A DNA stretch of 63,626 nt, filler included, from Octopus bimaculoides (GCF_001194135.2; 6 parts of 4 records of this genome joined end to end with filler, not necessarily neighbours in it), one strand, 5' to 3'; counted from the first letter of the whole stretch, positions 25,586 through 37,734 are shown. Notes: generated by a model not told the origin, from the sequence alone. A program made the numbers and translations.

Positions 25586-25631
25586 ACTACTTTTGTAACA
25601 CTGTCAATTAAAAATAAAATTACACACACAC

Positions 25632-25697
<66 letters not shown>
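25632..25697. repeat. (GATA)n array
   Basis: Read directly from the sequence. Confidence 0.95.
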
Positions 25698-26423
25698 GAG
25701 CAAATATTACAATAGACAAACAAACCCATGCAACCAGAACACACACACTAAAACACTAACAAACACATATGCAGTCACACAAAAGAAATGAAATATGTAT
25801 ATAATTAAACAGCAAGGGAGACAATTATTGGTTATGCAACAAACTGCATGAATACCGAACACAGCAGATAAACAGCTTCACAACAATGCAGGTTAAAATG
25901 GCGGATGAACAGAAATTTGATGCTTCGCTAATTCCAAGATGGCGAATTTATTTTGTTCAGTTGATGCCTTTCGTGTTCAATAGCGTAACATCCGTTTGGC
26001 CACAGTGTGACAATATGTCTTTTGTTAAAATATTAACTGCGTCAAGCGTTCAAATACTTTGGTGAATGCTTATGTGTTTTGCTGTATGTGTGTACGTGTA
26101 TGTGTGTACGTGTGTGTGTGTACGTGTGTGTGTGTGTACGTGTGTGTGTGTACGTGTGTGTGTGTGTCCGTGCGTAAGTGTTGGAGTGTGTGCATGCTTA
26201 TATTTAGGTTCGTGTATATATGAGGAAAGAGAAGATATATATACTAATGTGTATGTGTATTGAAGTGAGTGCAGATACATACATGCATAGAGAGATACAA
26301 ACACACACATACAGACAAATACATACAGATGACGAAAACATACGCATGCACAAACCATGCATACACACATACACACCTACATACGTACACAGATTCATAC
26401 ATACTTGCAAGCATACACACACT

Positions 26424-26480
26424 CATACGTAAGTACGTATGGCGAATCATCATACGTAAGTACGTATGGCGAATCATCAT
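26424..26480. repeat. Perfect 27-bp tandem duplication, each unit containing an 8-bp inverted repeat
   Basis: catacgtaagtacgtatggcgaatcat twice, plus cat; CATACGTA-AG-TACGTATG in each unit. Confidence 0.95.
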
Positions 26481-26906
26481 AGGTCTTACAGCGTTGGATT
26501 TTAAAGCCAAACGTCCTGACTCTCTACGTTGTGAGTTCAAGTCTCGGCTATGTCTATTTCCTATCTAAGGCGATCGTTTTTGTAGCACAGATAGAAAATC
26601 TGGCAAAAGACCTTGCAGTGCCACTTCCATACAGTGTGAATGTAAGGCTTGCAACGCCCATGTTGCCATACAGTACCGGCACTAAAGCGGCAGCCTTTCG
26701 TGCCGACAGCGTCGGTGGCGTGGAGATGAGACACATGCATGGATGGCCAACTGCTAGGTTTCATGAAATGATCTTCAACAGGCCTGTACAAACATTGGCA
26801 GATGCATGGGCAAACTTGATCGACAAAGACGTGAAAATATGTATGTATATATGTATGTATGTATGCGCGTATGTATAGTCTATTTATCTCTGAATCTGCG
26901 TTTGTT

Positions 26907-26950
<44 letters not shown>

Positions 26951-27444
26951 GCATGTTTGTATATATGTGTGTGTATGTGTATATATATGTATTTATGTGT
27001 GTATATATATGTATTTATGTGTGTATATATATGTATATATATATATGTGTGTATATATATACGTATATATATGTACATATATGTGTATATACATATATAT
27101 TCAGGGAGCTGGAGCTGTGTTTAGCTCCGAATGTTTACCGTTCCGTTCGTTGACCGTTCTAATTCCACAGAGAGGCATTGAGGTCAGTTTTGTAGGAGTC
27201 TTTTAGAAGTTCACTGTTATGAGATTTCTACAATATAATACCAACAACAACAACACCGTTCACCATGTTGACTAGTTTGGTAATGGAGTGCAGCAATAAA
27301 GAGACACACATGAAAGAAGGCGATGCGGTTCGCCTCACGTCAGCGATTTTGGTTTCTCTGTCGGCTTCGCATTGATGTTTCAATAAACTTGTAGCGTTTA
27401 ATATTGTTATATAGCTAGAACGCTTTACATCAGCCTTGACGAAT

Positions 27445-27720
27445 CTTTTCTTAAGCCTAGTACCTATTCTATCGGTCTCTTTTGCCAAGTTTCTAAGATA
27501 CCGGGACGAAAACATACCAGCACTAGTTGTCACGCACACACACACACGCACACATAACGGGCTTCTTTAAGTTTCCGCCTGCCAACCTCACTCAGAACAT
27601 TTTGGCCGGCCTGAGACCATATTAGAAAACATTTGCCCAAAAGGTCACATCGTGGGACTGAACTCGGAACCATGTAGTTAAGAAGCAACCGTTTTATCAG
27701 ACAGCCACTCCTACGCCTAT
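27445..27720 (-). mobile_element. SINE family A (3'-truncated) with short internal (CA)n
   Basis: Reverse complement begins ataggcgtaggagtggctgtc..catggttccgagttcagtccc. Confidence 0.85.
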
Positions 27721-28379
27721 ATATTGAAAAGACCACCATGTTTTTATTCCATCGTCGTTCATTAAATCTTCTTCTAGTTGTGTATCAGATTCTTACGTTT
27801 CGATCGGAACAAAGATCTCAAATTTATATTTATCACTAGTATTTCTCGACAATCACAGCGGCATCAGACTAGAGACATTTTGGCCCCTGTGCTGCCCTTA
27901 TTAAAGTGGATCCCTCATATTTATACAGACCATCCTACCAGAAATTGACCGCCTGAGCGTCAATGTCTTACATCGTTAGATTTGCATTTATGATGCGTGT
28001 ATTGTTGTATGTCAATTGTAGCCCTGTGTTACAATATTAGTATTGATCCCATAAAGAATGTTGTATTACTGAAGTATTTCATAAAGTGGGGACATATCAA
28101 CAGTTAATTTTTACCCATCTGCTTTTGCTTAATAGTGTGTGTGTGTGTGTGTATTATGATATGGTCGACCCTTGTTTTAATGCGCTATATATATCTGTAT
28201 ATATGAAATATCATGGATATAAAAACTGTAAGATTATATTTATTTTGAGAAATTCGTTCCTGTAAGATATAATAATGTGGAGCAAAAATATTTGTAATAA
28301 AAGAGATAAAATCCACAAGAGACTCTAGTTATTTCTATTGTGTTCCAATCATTTGTAGGAACATAATGTAGAACTATTT

Positions 28380-28790
28380 TGACGTCTGCCTGCAGAAATC
28401 TAACATGTCAAACCGTTTCTTGTACACGTTGTCATTTTGAAATAATACCAATAATTTCTCTTTTCAACAAATGTTACAGAGGAAATTTTAACGAAAACTG
28501 CTCGGTACATTTGGGATTGCATAAACAACGGATTGGACTTCTGGATTTAATAGCCCCAGATCTTGTTACTTCAGAAAACCAAGTATGTTTGGTGAGGCTT
28601 ATGGCAAATTTCGCTTGAGCTTTCCTTAAATAGAGAGATATGTCGATAAAAGCGATTCTATGTAATTCTCGGACAGGTTGTTTTAATTCCCAGAGGCGCA
28701 GTTGTGTGTTCGGCATGGGCTTTAGCAGAATATACAAAAGCCTCCGAAAGACAATTGATGTTAAGTGGACAATTGCTTTGAGCAATGAAG
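28380..28790 (+). mobile_element. Highly decayed Tc1/mariner-type transposase fragment
   Basis: Across frameshifts, in the expected order: HVKPFL, NFSFQQ (cf. FQQDN), KTARYIW..LDFW, SPDL..EN.V (cf. SPDLNPIENVW), KSL.K.IDV. Confidence 0.45.
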
Positions 28791-29713
28791 TTTTAAGTGG
28801 TGAAAAAGTCAACATTACATTTATTACCAAACAAAATACATCAATAATTTTTCTGTTTGTAAATGTCTATGACATATATGGCTTATTGAAAAGCTATTGA
28901 GTTGAAGTCACTAACAATACGTACTTGAAAGTTTAAGCCGAAGACTGGATTATACTACATGATATTCCATGGTGTAGTTTTACATGCAGAAACATAAGCA
29001 TGACAGGTGTAGCGTCTTTCCTCAATGACACAACTGTTGAGAAGTGGCCCGTTTAATGAGTAGAACAAATGAATGTGTCCTTAAATGAAGATAGAAGAGA
29101 TACAGGTTTTCCAGTGACGAGCAGGGACCAGCTTTCTTAAAATTCCAGGGGAGCTTTGAATCCTAGTTTATATAAATGATCCTTTCTTTACTTTTATAAA
29201 GCTTAATAATGAAGTTTATTTCTTATAATAAAACGATGAATTCTCTAAATCTATTTGCCGCTCTTGATCATTTATGCGAAGGACCCATAAAGTAAAGTCC
29301 GTACTAATTGTACGGACATTGAAAGCCGAGACGAGAACACACAAGCACACAGTCCCCCCCACCACCACCACCACACACAGGTACACACAGACATATAATA
29401 CTGTGTAGTTCCTTATTATCTTAACACTGATTCTCGTTCGCAGAGATAACAGTGTTAAATACAAAGATACACAAAACATTAGCAATAAAGAAAAAGATAA
29501 AAATAAAAGGAAAATCACACGGAAACAAAACAATAAAAAATGCACACCAATAAAAAAATAACAAAATGCATTAAGTGATGCTGTATAATTTTAACCTGAT
29601 GACCCGCGGCACAGATTTTGAGTTATCAATATAACAGATCTTGGTGACCCTGTGAACTACAAAGGGACAATAAACGTCGATTTCCCTAAACGATGGAATC
29701 ACATGATAACAGG

Positions 29714-29763
<50 letters not shown>

Positions 29764-30211
29764 CACTACACACGTGTGTAGTATGTACATGCGTGTGAAT
29801 TCGTATTTCTGTGTGTGCGTGCGCGCTAACACACACATTATATATCAAGTAACGGATTTATAAACCGAGGCAGACATCTTGTGAGCACTCAGTGGCAAAC
29901 CTGATTAACTTCGTAAAATAATCGAAGACGGTTAAATCCAAACAAAATATACATCGACGGTAACACACACACACATTCGCACACATTCACACACATATAC
30001 ACATATGCGCACTCGAGCGTGTCTGTTGATAGGTAGAAAAAGAGAGCTCAATAATATGGATAGATGTACATTGCATATTTTTGTATTGGTTTCTTATGAA
30101 TTCAAGGTTTCAGGAAAGGATAACATATGTACCAATCGAATGCTTGTATCGATGTAGTCCACTAATCACACCTCTAATCAGTACGCCTCTTAAGATGATT
30201 ATCGTCGTAGC

Positions 30212-30325
30212 AAATCTATTCACAAATGTTTGGTCAGCCCTAAGACCATAGTAGAAAACACTTGCCCAAGGTGCCGCGCAGTAGGACTCAACCTGGAACC
30301 ATGTGCTTGCGAAGAATACTTCTTA
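30212..30325 (-). mobile_element. SINE family A head fragment
   Basis: agtagaaaacacttgcccaaggtgccgcgcagtaggactcaacctggaaccatgtg. Confidence 0.75.
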
Positions 30326-30512
30326 TAAGAAACATTTCGTGAGACAGGTCTCGTATTTTGGAAAAAAGTTATTATTATTTTTTTTTTTATAATCAAAAAT
30401 TATTGATTACGTTTCAATAAGCTTTAAAAACAAAAATCAGATTAATATCTAACCGATAACAGACTTGTGTATAATTACTCTAATGCAGACTTGAAACAAT
30501 TCTTTCTATCTT

Positions 30513-30745
30513 TTTTACTCTTTTACTTGTTTCAGTCATTTAACTGTGGCCATGCTGGAGCACCGCCTTTTAGTCGAAGAAGTCGATCCCTGGACTTATT
30601 CTTTGTAAGCCTGGTGCTTATTCTATCGGTCTCTTATGCTGAACCACTAAGTGACGGACATAAACACACCAGCATCGGTTGTCAAGCGATGGTGGGGTGG
30701 GGACGAACACAGACACACAAACATATACATATATATATATATAAT
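30513..30745 (-). mobile_element. SINE family A, 3' half
   Basis: ttttactcttttacttgtttcagtcatttaactgtggccatgctggagcaccgcc.. is the reverse complement of about 57100-57315. Confidence 0.9.
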
Positions 30746-32134
30746 GTAATATAGGATAAAATCTTTATAAGAATTTATCAAGTAGTCATCGTGAAAAAAC
30801 CCCATAAGGAAAAAAACCCATCGTTTTTTCCATAAATATATATAATTTATATAAGGGCATTACTATATAGTAATGCCTCACGCTTAGAGGGACTAAATAA
30901 GTTAAAACTNNNNNNNNNNNNNNNNNNNNNNNNNNNNNNNNNNNNNNNNNNNNNNNNNNNNNNNNNNNNNNNNNNNNNNNNNNNNNNNNNNNNNNNNNNN
31001 NNNNNNNNNNNNNNNNNNNNNNNNNNNNNNNNNNNNNNNNNNNNNNNNNNNNNNNNNNNNNNNNNNNNNNNNNNNNNNNNNNNNNNNNNNNNNNNNNNNN
31101 NNNNNNNNNNNNNNNNNNNNNNNNNNNNNNNNNNNNNNNNNNNNNNNNNNNNNNNNNNNNNNNNNNNNNNNNNNNNNNNNNNNNNNNNNNNNNNNNNNNN
31201 NNNNNNNNNNNNNNNNNNNNNNNNNNNNNNNNNNNNNNNNNNNNNNNNNNNNNNNNNNNNNNNNNNNNNNNNNNNNNNNNNNNNNNNNNNNNNNNNNNNN
31301 NNNNNNNNNNNNNNNNNNNNNNNNNNNNNNNNNNNNNNNNNNNNNNNNNNNNNNNNNNNNNNNNNNNNNNNNNNNNNNNNNNNNNNNNNNNNNNNNNNNN
31401 NNNNNNNNNNNNNNNNNNNNNNNNNNNNNNNNNNNNNNNNNNNNNNNNNNNNNNNNNNNNNNNNNNNNNNNNNNNNNNNNNNNNNNNNNNNNNNNNNNNN
31501 NNNNNNNNNNNNNNNNNNNNNNNNNNNNNNNNNNNNNNNNNNNNNNNNNNNNNNNNNNNNNNNNNNNNNNNNNNNNNNNNNNNNNNNNNNNNNNNNNNNN
31601 NNNNNNNNNNNNNNNNNNNNNATACATAAAACTCATCATCTTGTCGTTCACTTTCTCTCTCTCCCTCCCTTCACTCTCATTCAAGCTTTAGTCTATCTTT
31701 CCCTCTCTCTTTTGTCTATATGTTACAGATTTTCTCTCTCTCTCTCACTCTCTTCAGCTCACCCCCATCTCCTGTCTTCCGAAAGGACCCTATTTCCTCC
31801 ACTTGACATCATGTGACATCTGATTGATGACCGTCTTAGAAATTAAAATTACACAAACACAAACACAAACACACACACACGTACGCACAAATTAAGCAGC
31901 GGCGAGGTCACCCCTTACATTTTGCATTTCGATAATTCTCAAGGGTTTTCTTGTCTCCCACCCAACAAAATCTCACGTCCCGTTTTTCCTCCCACGCCCT
32001 TCATCCCTAATATCCAACAAATACCCACTACCACCCGCCAACCATTCCCATCCACACATCCGGCTATAAATTAGACAGGGTCGGAAGGTTAATTGGTAGA
32101 AGTGTTGTTAGGTCACTGAACGAAAATATAGTCT

Positions 32135-32345
32135 TTTCTTTTCTTTTCTACTCTAGGCACAAGGCCCGAAATTTTGGGGGAGGGGGCTAGTCGAGTAGAT
32201 CGACTCCAGTACGCAACTGGTATTAATTTATCGACCCCCCCCCTCAAAAAAAAGGATGAAAGACAAATTCGACCTCGGTGGAATTTGAACTCAGAACGTA
32301 AAGACAGACGAAACACCGCTAAGCATTTAATCCGGCGTGATGAAC
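32135..32345 (-). mobile_element. tRNA-derived SINE family B
   Basis: Reverse complement: cacgccgg..atgcttagcggtgtttcgtctgtctttacgttctgagttcaaattcc (B box)..tttcatcctttt..ggtcgataaattaatacc..aaatttcgggccttgtgcctagagtagaaaag. Confidence 0.9.
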
Positions 32346-33060
32346 AAAAATATATTGCAATATCTAGTTACGACCATCGATGCTCTGCGTTCGAATCACA
32401 TTCAGCGAAACTTTGTTTTTGCTTTTTTTTTCAGAATGAATAAGATAAAGTACTACTCACGCATAGGTATTTATTTCCCTCCCTCAAATATGTGGATGTG
32501 AAATTTAAGTCAGTATATAGAAATTAATTCTAGAATCTTCAGTGAAATCTACATTAGAAGATCATTGGAGAAATGTTAATATAACCGAGAATAGAAGAAC
32601 TTTTTGGTAATCAGGCGGGAAATCACTATTGAGCTTTCTGGTGCTGATTCACTACTGTACGTCTCTGATCGTCAGTAAACTATTACTGAGCAGCCTGCTA
32701 CTGAGCAACGGCTGAGCAACTTTGAGCCTCAGCAAACTATTCATCCGTAGCCCTGCGGTCGAGCAACGATTCTGCGACTCAGAGCGTCAGAAAGCCAGGA
32801 TGGTCACGGGTGAAACGTATACATTTGCCAATTCAGGTCTGATATTTGGCTTTAAAACAACAGTGGCAAGAACAAAACCCATCCGGTAAAATGTGAAACC
32901 GAAAAGATAGAACAGGAGAAAAATAGTCTTACCGTGAACTGTGTTACTAGAAGCTCTGGTGTTAGAAAAAAAAAGTTAGCAGCAGTACTTACCTAGAAAA
33001 GAGAGAAAAATAGAAACAAAATTTAGTAACAAATACAATATATGTATATATACATATATA

Positions 33061-33102
<42 letters not shown>

Positions 33103-33389
33103 AATGGTAAGATAGGCTGTAATGCAATATCGTTTACTTTAATATATGCAAAACACACAACTGTAGAGGGATAGGGTTTAAATTGCTGAGCCAAGCAGAG
33201 GAATGACTCAAGGAGGTGCAGTTTCGTATGAAAGCATTATTCAAACTTCCTAGGCACGACCTTTGAGTCACAAGTCGCCTCTGCTTCAGATATTCCTCAA
33301 ACCACATCCTATACGTTTAAGTGAGAGAATTTTAGTAAAGATAGTTCCGGATAAAATGCTGACCAGAGGGTTGGCTACATAACAATGAG

Positions 33390-33650
33390 AGCACCACCGT
33401 TATCTTCACCACCAGTAGTAGCATCGTCACCACCACCTTCAGCACAAACTTTGCCACCAACAATGCCACCATCATCAACATCGATACAACCAACACCATC
33501 CTCGCCAACATCATCATCATCATAACCAACATAACGAAGTTAACGACCACCAAAACCGACAGCACAGCTTTCACCAACATCAGCATTACCGACGTCACCA
33601 CTAACACCACCACCACCACCAACAACACGATAGCAACACCAGCATGACTA
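33390..33650. repeat. Degenerate (ACC)/(ATC) trinucleotide tract
   Basis: Read directly; resumes after the SINE at 33890-34110. Confidence 0.85.
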
Positions 33651-33655
33651 CCAGC

Positions 33656-33885
33656 GTGGAGGCACGTGGCTTAGTGGTTAGAGTGTTGGACTCATGACTG
33701 TAAGATTGTGATTTCGATTCCTGGACCGGGCGATGCGTTGTTTCTGCGGTAAAACACTTCACATCGCTCCAGTCCACTCGGCTGGCAAAGAAAGAAGTAT
33801 TCCTGCTTTGGACCAGCGTAGGATATACATGCCACAGGTTCCGGGAAACCGGTCTTATGTGCCTATGGCTCGGGAATGACCTTTG
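33656..33885 (+). mobile_element. tRNA-derived SINE, head type D with a second tail type
   Basis: gtggaggcacgtggcttagtggttagag (A box)..gatttcgattcc (B box)..gctccagtccactcggctggc, then tail cctgctttggaccagcg..ccgggaaaccgg..ggctcggg. Confidence 0.85.
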
Positions 33886-34229
33886 ATGGTCACCACAACC
33901 AGTAGGAACACCAACACTGCTACAACCACCACTAACTTTGCCATATCCTGTACCAACATTGTCACTACTATCAACAGCACCACAACCATCATCATCAATA
34001 TCACCACTAGCAACACCAGTATTAACACCTACATCGCCCTCAATGCACCGATCACAACTGCGCCCAACCCTCCATACCAGTGTTATCATCATCATCACCT
34101 CTACCATTCCCACTTGTACATATGTTGTAGATATATCAAGCTCGGTTTAGGAAGGTCTTTCCTGCTTTCAATGGTAATGCTCTTTAGATCATCAGTGATT
34201 CGCTGGGGAAATTATTAGTATGAATCGCC

Positions 34230-34750
34230 AGGGTAGGCCATACTTCCAGCTACATGAGCATACCCATCCCGAATAATTGCACATCAATGTCTCTAGGAGT
34301 GGTGAGTGAGAAGGGAAGTGAAGGAGGAATGTGGTCGAATGCTTGCCAGAGCCAGAATTCCGCTAGAGGCATCTCAACACCAGATGGCGATATTAAAGTG
34401 GATCAGTGAGTTAGGGAGCAGCTCCCGAAGGAACTACCTATCCGACAGCCTCAAGAAAGAACTGTTTAAATATTTTGGTTGGTCCTGGATTCCCTGCGAA
34501 AAAGGGAAAACAAAAACGGTTGGAATGCCGTTGGTCATAGATCTGTCTGATTTATCTACACTGTTGATCATATGTTTCAACACCTCAACAGCGAGTGACA
34601 ACTACGGCTACAGTGTCCAGGTTATACAGCCTCGACTGTAGCTGACCGCTAGATGTGGTCAGCATTCGTGAGAGACTTGATGAAGTCGTTTGCCCGAGCG
34701 GCACAAACCCACCCCCAGGTGAATACCACTACAAATTCAAGTAGGCACAA
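34230..34750 (+). mobile_element. Decayed RTE-clade LINE 3' end
   Basis: KYFGW (cf. RLxxFGH), KNGWNAVG (cf. GWKRPxGRP), VADR*MWSAFVRD (cf. AxDRxxWxxxV); ends cccaggtgaataccactacaaattcaagtaggcacaagta, a caagta-type tail. Confidence 0.55.
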
Positions 34751-35354
34751 GTATTGTTTAACACCAGGCAGTCCTGGAGTTAAAACGCAACAACTACAAT
34801 ACAAACACGAAAAAATTAATCGTGGGAGGCGTCAACCAAGGAGACATGTTATGACTCCTATCTAAAATAAACTGTGATAACGAAGCGTCATACGACATCT
34901 GATGGTGTTAAATTGGGCGCCGTATTTGACCTACCATTATTAAAGTCGAAACGAGTCGACTTTACTTGTTTTCTCGTTTACATTATATTAATTAAATATA
35001 CCGTATTCTTTTGCCTTCTGTGGCGCCCTTTCGTGATGTCGTGTTTGTATTGTAATATTGTACGAAGTCATGTTTGTCCTTCTTTCATTTGTTTTTTTTG
35101 GCTTTCAAAATGATTCATTACACAATTACACAATTACATAATCATATAATTACATATTTCGCTAATTAATTAGTGCCATGGTTAGCTACAGGTTAACAAG
35201 ACGGAAAAACAAAAACGACAGCGAGCTTCCATTTCCAATTATGTATTGGAAATGTTGGTTTTCTGCTAGAAAACTAAATTACATTCACTGATGTGCAATA
35301 CAAGCAGATATAATATAGAGGCAGACATTTTATGTAGAAGCGATATATACTAAC

Positions 35355-35388
<34 letters not shown>

Positions 35389-36384
35389 NNNNNNNNNNNN
35401 NNNNNNNNNNNNNNNNNNNNNNNNNNNNNNNNNNNNNNNNNNNNNNNNNNNNNNNNNNNNNNNNNNNNNNNNNNNNNNNNNNNNNNNNNNNNNNNNNNNN
35501 NNNNNNNNNNNNNNNNNNNNNNNNNNNNNNNNNNNNNNNNNNNNNNNNNNNNNNNNNNNNNNNNNNNNNNNNNNNNNNNNNNNNNNNNNNNNNNNNNNNN
35601 NNNNNNNNNNNNNNNNNNNNNNNNNNNNNNNNNNNNNNNNNNNNNNNNNNNNNNNNNNNNNNNNNNNNNNNNNNNNNNNNNNNNNNNNNNAGAGAGAGAG
35701 AGAGAGAGACGGAGAGATGAAGACAGACAGACATGCAAGTAGAGGGATGGACTGGCAGATAGACAGATAGATTCTAATGCAAACAGTACATTCATACAAA
35801 CTAATGTGCATGTGTGTGTAGACATGTATGTATGAATATACACATGTATAAAGTCAATCAGTCACAGATGTACGCCCGCACAGACAGACTGATCGACAGG
35901 CAGAACAGATAGACAAACAAAGAGATAGTGAGACCGATAGGTTCCGATAGATGTGAACATGTTAAATAATTGTTGGAATCCATTTGCATAGAATGTAAGT
36001 ATGAAAATATGAAATTGTGCATATGTGTGTTCGTAAATATATAACTGAGTAGAGAGCCACGAGTTTGTGTATAAGGGATTTCAATACGTACGAAGGTGTG
36101 TAAACGTTACTGGTGTCTTACGATTCACAATGGCGGTTGATGAACGCATCACTATCTATTTCTCCCGACATACATACATACATACANNNNNNNNNNTGTA
36201 TGTATGTATATATGACACAGTCACCAATACAGTAGCATTATCACTGGCCATATTCCAGCAGTTTAACAATAGATAGAATTTCAATGGCAGCTAAATTATA
36301 CAACCAAACTAGAGTGAATAGACAAAGTAGAGGTGGATAGCCATTTGCAGAAAAATTGCGATAAATTTACGGTTTTAGGAATTG

Positions 36385-36520
36385 GATTACGGCCATGCTG
36401 TGGCAGTACCTGCAGGGTGTTTCTCAAGATTTTATTGATTCCTGTACGTATTTCAGTCTGCTACGGTTTATTTTATAGGTATATGTTCGTCGAACCGTTT
36501 CGCTAGGAGACAGAAAAAAG
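36385..36520 (-). mobile_element. Old SINE family A tail remnant
   Basis: ggattacggccatgctgtggcagtacc..gtcgaaccgtttcgctagg resembles the family A tail. Confidence 0.45.
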
Positions 36521-36605
36521 CCATAAAATGAAGATGGTCTCTCTTAAATGTGTAAATATTAACACAGCATTAGACATTTTCGCACATGCGCGTGTGTGTG
36601 TGGTT

Positions 36606-37098
36606 CCATCATGACTACCTGTCTGATAAGGGTACACTAGGCACATGCATCACAATCATATGTGCGCGACATAGTGGTCTCATATCAAGATAAACAGCGC
36701 ATGACCTTGCAGGTGGGGGCCCAGTTAGAATTTTCTTCAGGTCGAGTAGCCCATCCCGCTCAAAAGGTCCTTGAATAAAGGTTGTTTGAGGATGTCGAAC
36801 GAAATACCCATGTTTCCAAAGGTGAATTATTCAAACCCCAAAGAGTTCTTCTCAACACATGGCTATGATGCTCACCCACTACTTCTGCTCATGATTAGAG
36901 ATGCACATATCATCAGCCACTAAGGGACATGCTCAACTGGTTAAGGTCAAGCAACTGACAAGCAAATCTGTAGTATTGAGCAGAATATTTACTGTAGCCC
37001 ATCTTTTATACCAAGACAAAACAATATACATGACATCACCTCCAATCAATTAAGATCAGAAGCCATGAGAACCAGTCTGGTATTGCATCAGGGCGTAA
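36606..37098 (-). mobile_element. Unclassified ~500-bp non-coding interspersed repeat abutting (AAT)n
   Basis: Overlaps the 3168-3297 fragment (54/60 nt). No ORF found. One end directly abuts (ATT)n at 37099-37132. Confidence 0.7.
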
Positions 37099-37133
<35 letters not shown>

Positions 37134-37329
37134 GACGCATACCCTATTTCAGATTATAGTATATATGAAAAATATGACTGACTGGTCATGGCTGGAATGT
37201 CTCACCTCTCTTAAGACTGCTGCTCTACATCAGGGGACAAGATCTCGGTTAAATTGTAAATATAACAACAGCATATCTTATATTTTCAGTCCCTGACTAA
37301 ATAAAATATTTTCTGCCTTCTCTCACTGC

Positions 37330-37570
37330 TCTCGAAATTTTCGCGCGCAAAGTTTATGTTTACCGGAAACAGACATAGTTAACTTCCGGTGGGCTTCGAA
37401 GACTTAAAAATAGAGGTGTTATATACGAAATTAGAAAAAAAAAAACAAAAAAAAAACACTGAAATGCAAAATGTATCTAGGTCTTGTGCACTTCTCACTC
37501 CTCAAGCCTTAATTTCTGGACAGAAAGTCAGACAGCACGTGACCGGTCAGTTGGTCATCCGGTCATAATG
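37330..37570. promoter_or_regulatory. Promoter-like CpG-containing motif cluster
   Basis: TTTTCGCGCG (E2F-like), ACCGGAAA and ACTTCCGGT (ETS sites in inverted orientation), CACGTGAC (E-box/USF) and TGACGT (CRE half-site) within about 240 bp. Confidence 0.35.
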
Positions 37571-37734
37571 ACGTTAATTCGTTGCTAGTGCTGTTCAATT
37601 GATTTTTTAATTAGGGGACATCGCTGTCCCTAATCATCGGACAATTGTACGGTCAGCAATATGTAATCATTTCATACAAGGGGGTGAGGGCAGTTAATGT
37701 AACAGTCAGCTCCAGCTGATGTTTGTCCAGAGTG

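Noticed and set aside
29230-29330. Minus-strand SAFNVRT, similar to the start of an RTE endonuclease; nearby 8-9 bp hairpins
   Set aside because: A single short motif with no downstream endonuclease motifs; hairpins of this size are expected by chance.
33656-33735. tRNA-like sequence with an apparent CAT anticodon
   Set aside because: It continues into a SINE body, and sister copies have other triplets at that position; this is a SINE head, not a tRNA gene.
36410-36502. Strong acceptor and donor defining a 93-nt minus-strand exon
   Set aside because: All three frames have stops and the sequence is a decayed SINE-A tail.
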